From Raillietiella orientalis (lineage: Eukaryota), in contig JAYWIR010000044.1 of NCBI GenBank assembly GCA_036172245.1, forward strand, positions 1,178,001-1,242,000: a stretch of 64,000 bases of DNA, in the 5' to 3' direction. A program made the position numbers and the translations under genes. The notes beneath the pieces are model-generated. The model ran no database searches. It saw only the letters and a program-made list of their open reading frames with translations, and was not told the origin of the DNA. This document shows positions 62,730 through 64,000 of the stretch, piece after piece. Within the stretch, counting starts at the first letter, position 1; each line of letters opens with the position of its first letter.

Positions 62730-63149
62730 GAGAGATCGAGACGAGCGTGGTCAATCGAGACCAGCGGCGAGGCATTTAGGTCGAGCGTCGGCTGCGGTAA
62801 GGATGCTTACTTTCGTCCTGGGGCTTTGTTTCTCTGCAATCCTTTCAGAAGAAGTTCGTGGTTAAAGAATTTTTTCACTCTTCCTCTATTTTCTAGCTTC
62901 TCTGTCGTGGACTTTTCAGCCTGAGGAACAATGAGGTGTGTATTCTGCTTGCGGGGTGCCGCTTCAAACGAGAGATCAGGATGGGGGAAGGAAGCAGAAA
63001 CTCCCCAGATACGTCTTTTGGAGTTCCACATGCCTTCTCATTTTGAAGATTTAGCTCTTCGCTGCTCTTCATGGTCAGTTAGGGCTCAGAAATCGAATAA
63101 ATATCGAAGAGCGGTTCGAAATTTTCCCGGCAGCCCTTACTATTGCTGA

Positions 63150-63950
63150 CAGATCAGAAGTGCTGTAGTCTCTCTCTTAGAGGGAGACAACTCGGGCAAT
63201 CCCCTCGAAGAGAGATCGAGCTCTCGCGCCGCTCCCGGATTTTCACAAATTCCTCCTTGAGCAGTCCCGAGGCAACACAGGGAGATTGCGGACCCTCAAT
63301 GCAAACAGACCCACGAACTCGTTCCCAGAAGAAGGAAGAAATCGTATGCAAACATAACAGGAAAAGGGAAGGAGGGAGAACAAAAAAAGAAAAAGAAAGG
63401 GGGGGGAAAAAAAATGAGGGACATTGCAGCTGTTTCGTGGCAGGAAGTGAAGCTAATCTAGCGTGACTTACCCACCCACAGGCCTTACGAAGACTTTCCT
63501 GCTGACCAACATCGCAAAGCAGGTTTAGCAGTAATGAAGTCGGTACCGTCACGAGCAAATGATAGAAGAGGAGGAATTTCGCACGATTTCTGACCATCCC
63601 CCAATCAGGACACCAGTCAGTATCTACTTTCTTTCCTGACGAGCCTGCAGCTGACGCAGTTTATTTTATCGGAGGCGTTGGCCCAGCCTGTGTTTCGACC
63701 GTGTGTCAAGGGAGTGCTGTACTTTGAAACACGTTCTTTCTTTCTGGCGGTTCTCCTCTTGGCTCCGACAGACCTTCGAGCACCTCGCCTTCGTTCTTTT
63801 GTTCTGCAGCTCCAAGAATGCTGAGACCGCCTCCAGCCGTGACGGCGGGATGTATTTGAAGGAGAATAGGAGAATGAATCACTGATATTTTTTTTTCCTT
63901 TCGCTGCCTCAGCTATTCCAAAGCCACCAGTCGACAGTGGGCGCAGATTC
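63150..63950 (-). mobile_element. L1/Tx1-like RT relic
   Basis: DKINCVSCRL, QQESLRKACGWVSH (~DQxKAFDxVSH), SVCIEGPQS (~VxINGxxS), LRGDCPSCLPL (~RQGDPLSPLL). Confidence 0.45.
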
Positions 63951-64000
63951 CAGCACAAGCACCCTTCCTTCGCCCTGGAACACCACTAGTGAGTCAGGTG

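Overview
Eukaryotic DNA, probably from an arthropod (inferred from an arthropod-type hexokinase fragment and degenerate (TTAGG)n tracts). I found no intact protein-coding gene. Almost all long ORFs in the supplied track are chance read-throughs or antisense shadows of decayed elements. Much of the window is a graveyard of frameshifted non-LTR retrotransposon relics in both orientations. Most are L1/Tx1-like (APE endonuclease, RT, zf-RVT, ORF1), with CR1/L2-like and NeSL/Utopia-like (RLE) pieces and a pocket of DNA-transposon debris (Harbinger, THAP, hAT, chromodomain). Embedded host-derived scraps are an intron-retaining hexokinase pseudogene fragment, a ~73-nt 18S rRNA piece, a histone H3 N-tail fragment and a tRNA-like head. 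Younger structures are a foldback MITE around a (TA)n tract, a ~101-bp x ~9 GC-rich tandem array and a 161/170-bp direct duplication. The most unusual signal is a sharply bounded, strand-specific G-depleted tract (~42.1-42.4 kb) inside a LINE endonuclease reading frame, resembling cytidine-deaminase hypermutation. All family calls come from by-eye motif recognition across frames, not database searches, and TE boundaries are approximate.
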